From Candidatus Fervidifonticultor secundus (GTDB taxonomy: Bacteria; Sysuimicrobiota; Sysuimicrobiia; Sysuimicrobiales; Humicultoraceae): a stretch of DNA of 64,000 nt. The translations under genes and the position numbers were made by a program. The notes beneath the pieces are model-generated. The model saw only the letters and a list, made by a program, of their open reading frames with translations, was not told the DNA's origin and did no database searches. The stretch spans positions 224,001-288,000 of the forward strand of contig JAVKIP010000001.1 of NCBI GenBank assembly GCA_031459385.1, given 5' to 3'. Positions 62,954 to 64,000 of this stretch are shown piece by piece (within the stretch, counting starts at the first letter, position 1; every line of letters begins with the position of its first letter).

Positions 62954-63589
62954 TCAGGGACGACCGGCGGCGACCAGACCGTACAGCCCCGAGACAGACT
63001 TGCCCGGCCGCATCACGCAATGGTCAGTGAGGCGCACCGCCACCAGGCCCTCGCCGAACGCGTCGAAGAGCGCGCGCTGCTGCTCCAGCGGCCAGCCGGC
63101 GAAGCCGGGCGCCAGGCGGGCCGTGAGCCGGTAGCCCCGCCGGCGGGCGTCAGCAGCCAGCCGCTGGCGCACGTCCCGGAGGAGGGCGTCGATGGCCACC
63201 CAGCCGCCGGTGTCGAGCAGGAGGCCTTCGACCACGTGCTCTTCGCGCATCAGGGCCTGGGCGCGCCGTTCGAGCGCGCTGCCGATGGTGAGCACCAGCA
63301 GCACGACTTCGGCGGCGCCGTCGAGCCGACGCGCCAGCGCCTGACTGTGGAACGCCACGCCGTCGTCGAGCAGCACCGCGCCCTGCGGGTCCACGCCGTG
63401 CACACGCGCGCGCCGCAGCCACCCGCGCGGCTCGAGCAGCGTCTCCGCCTGCGCGGCCATCCGCCGCGCAACCTCGCGGAGTTGGGGCGCCACCCGCTCG
63501 GGCCTGCGGTACTTGTGCAGGCGCAGGATGAGGGTAGCGTCGATGCGCGGCGGCCGCAGGCGCAGTTCCTCGATCATGTCTTGCCCCAT
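62954..63589 (-). CDS. Stand-alone methionine synthase reactivation-domain-like protein
   Basis: LTIG..LE, LLLD..G, RLAPGF..WPL..Q, M.P.KSVSG pattern. Confidence 0.8.
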   Translation of the reverse strand: MGQDMIEELRLRPPRIDATLILRLHKYRRPERVAPQLREVARRMAAQAETLLEPRGWLRRARVHGVDPQGAVLLDDGVAFHSQALARRLDGAAEVVLLVLTIGSALERRAQALMREEHVVEGLLLDTGGWVAIDALLRDVRQRLAADARRRGYRLTARLAPGFAGWPLEQQRALFDAFGEGLVAVRLTDHCVMRPGKSVSGLYGLVAAGRP

Positions 63590-63856
63590 GACGTCACCCG
63601 GCGGGCGATCACATCCCTGGCGTTCGCCCTGGCGCGACGCGCTCCTACTCCCTGCCGAGACCTCGGGGAGGCGCGCGGGTGCGGTGCCCGGCAGGCTCGT
63701 GTTCCCTGCGGCAGCGTCGGACGCCGCAGGGAGCGCGTCGGGCGTCACAGCCGCGGTCACGGCGGATGGATGGGTCGGCACCATCGTTGTGAGTGTGCGA
63801 CCGGGACCCGGGCGCGGCAATCACCGGTTCCGGGGACGCCGCCGGCGCCGGTTCCA

Positions 63857-64000
63857 CTACTTCTGCAGGTACCGGATCGCGGCCTCGGTGCGCGTCCGCA
63901 CCTGCAGCTTGGCGAAGATGCTGCGCAAGTGGTGGTGGACCGTCCAGCTGCTGATGCCCAGGCGGGCAGCGATCTCCCTGTCGAGGTAGCCCTTGCTCAG
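63857..64000 (-). CDS. LuxR/NarL-type HTH regulator, C-terminal end (runs off window)
   Basis: LSKGYLDREIAARLGISSWTVHHHLRSIFAKLQVRTRTEAAIRYLQK*. Confidence 0.88.
   Translation of the reverse strand: MSKGYLDREIAARLGISSWTVHHHLRSIFAKLQVRTRTEAAIRYLQK

Noticed and set aside
63590..63856. Named riboswitch (cobalamin, SAM-I, SAH, glycine)
   Set aside because: Consensus elements could not be matched on the coding strand by eye; kept only as an unclassified structured leader

Overview
Very GC-rich bacterial chromosomal segment, roughly 70% by eye. The dense transporter and catabolic content resembles Armatimonadota/CSP1-3-like genomes, but this is only a weak inference. It holds about 60 CDS: a tripartite tricarboxylate transporter, two peptide/nickel-type ABC sets without ATPases, a full Liv-type ABC set inside an IclR-controlled LeuCD/PrpB-like/flavoprotein/cyclic-amidohydrolase catabolic cluster, a decayed IS481-family element with an 8-bp target duplication, a four-carbon acid-sugar kinase with PdxA2, a Tat-type sulfite-oxidase-family enzyme with a cupredoxin, and several collapsed gene remnants. 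The most striking feature is the minus-strand operon at 55330-63589. It encodes a pyrrolysine-free MtmB (monomethylamine methyltransferase) homologue with a corrinoid protein, a stand-alone homocysteine methyltransferase, a RACo/ASKHA corrinoid activator, a MetH reactivation-like domain, a choline/ethanolamine kinase and an MFS transporter. This is a candidate B12-dependent route from an imported, phosphorylated N-methylamine directly to methionine. No rRNA, tRNA or CRISPR array was seen. All family calls come from motif recognition by eye, not from database searches.
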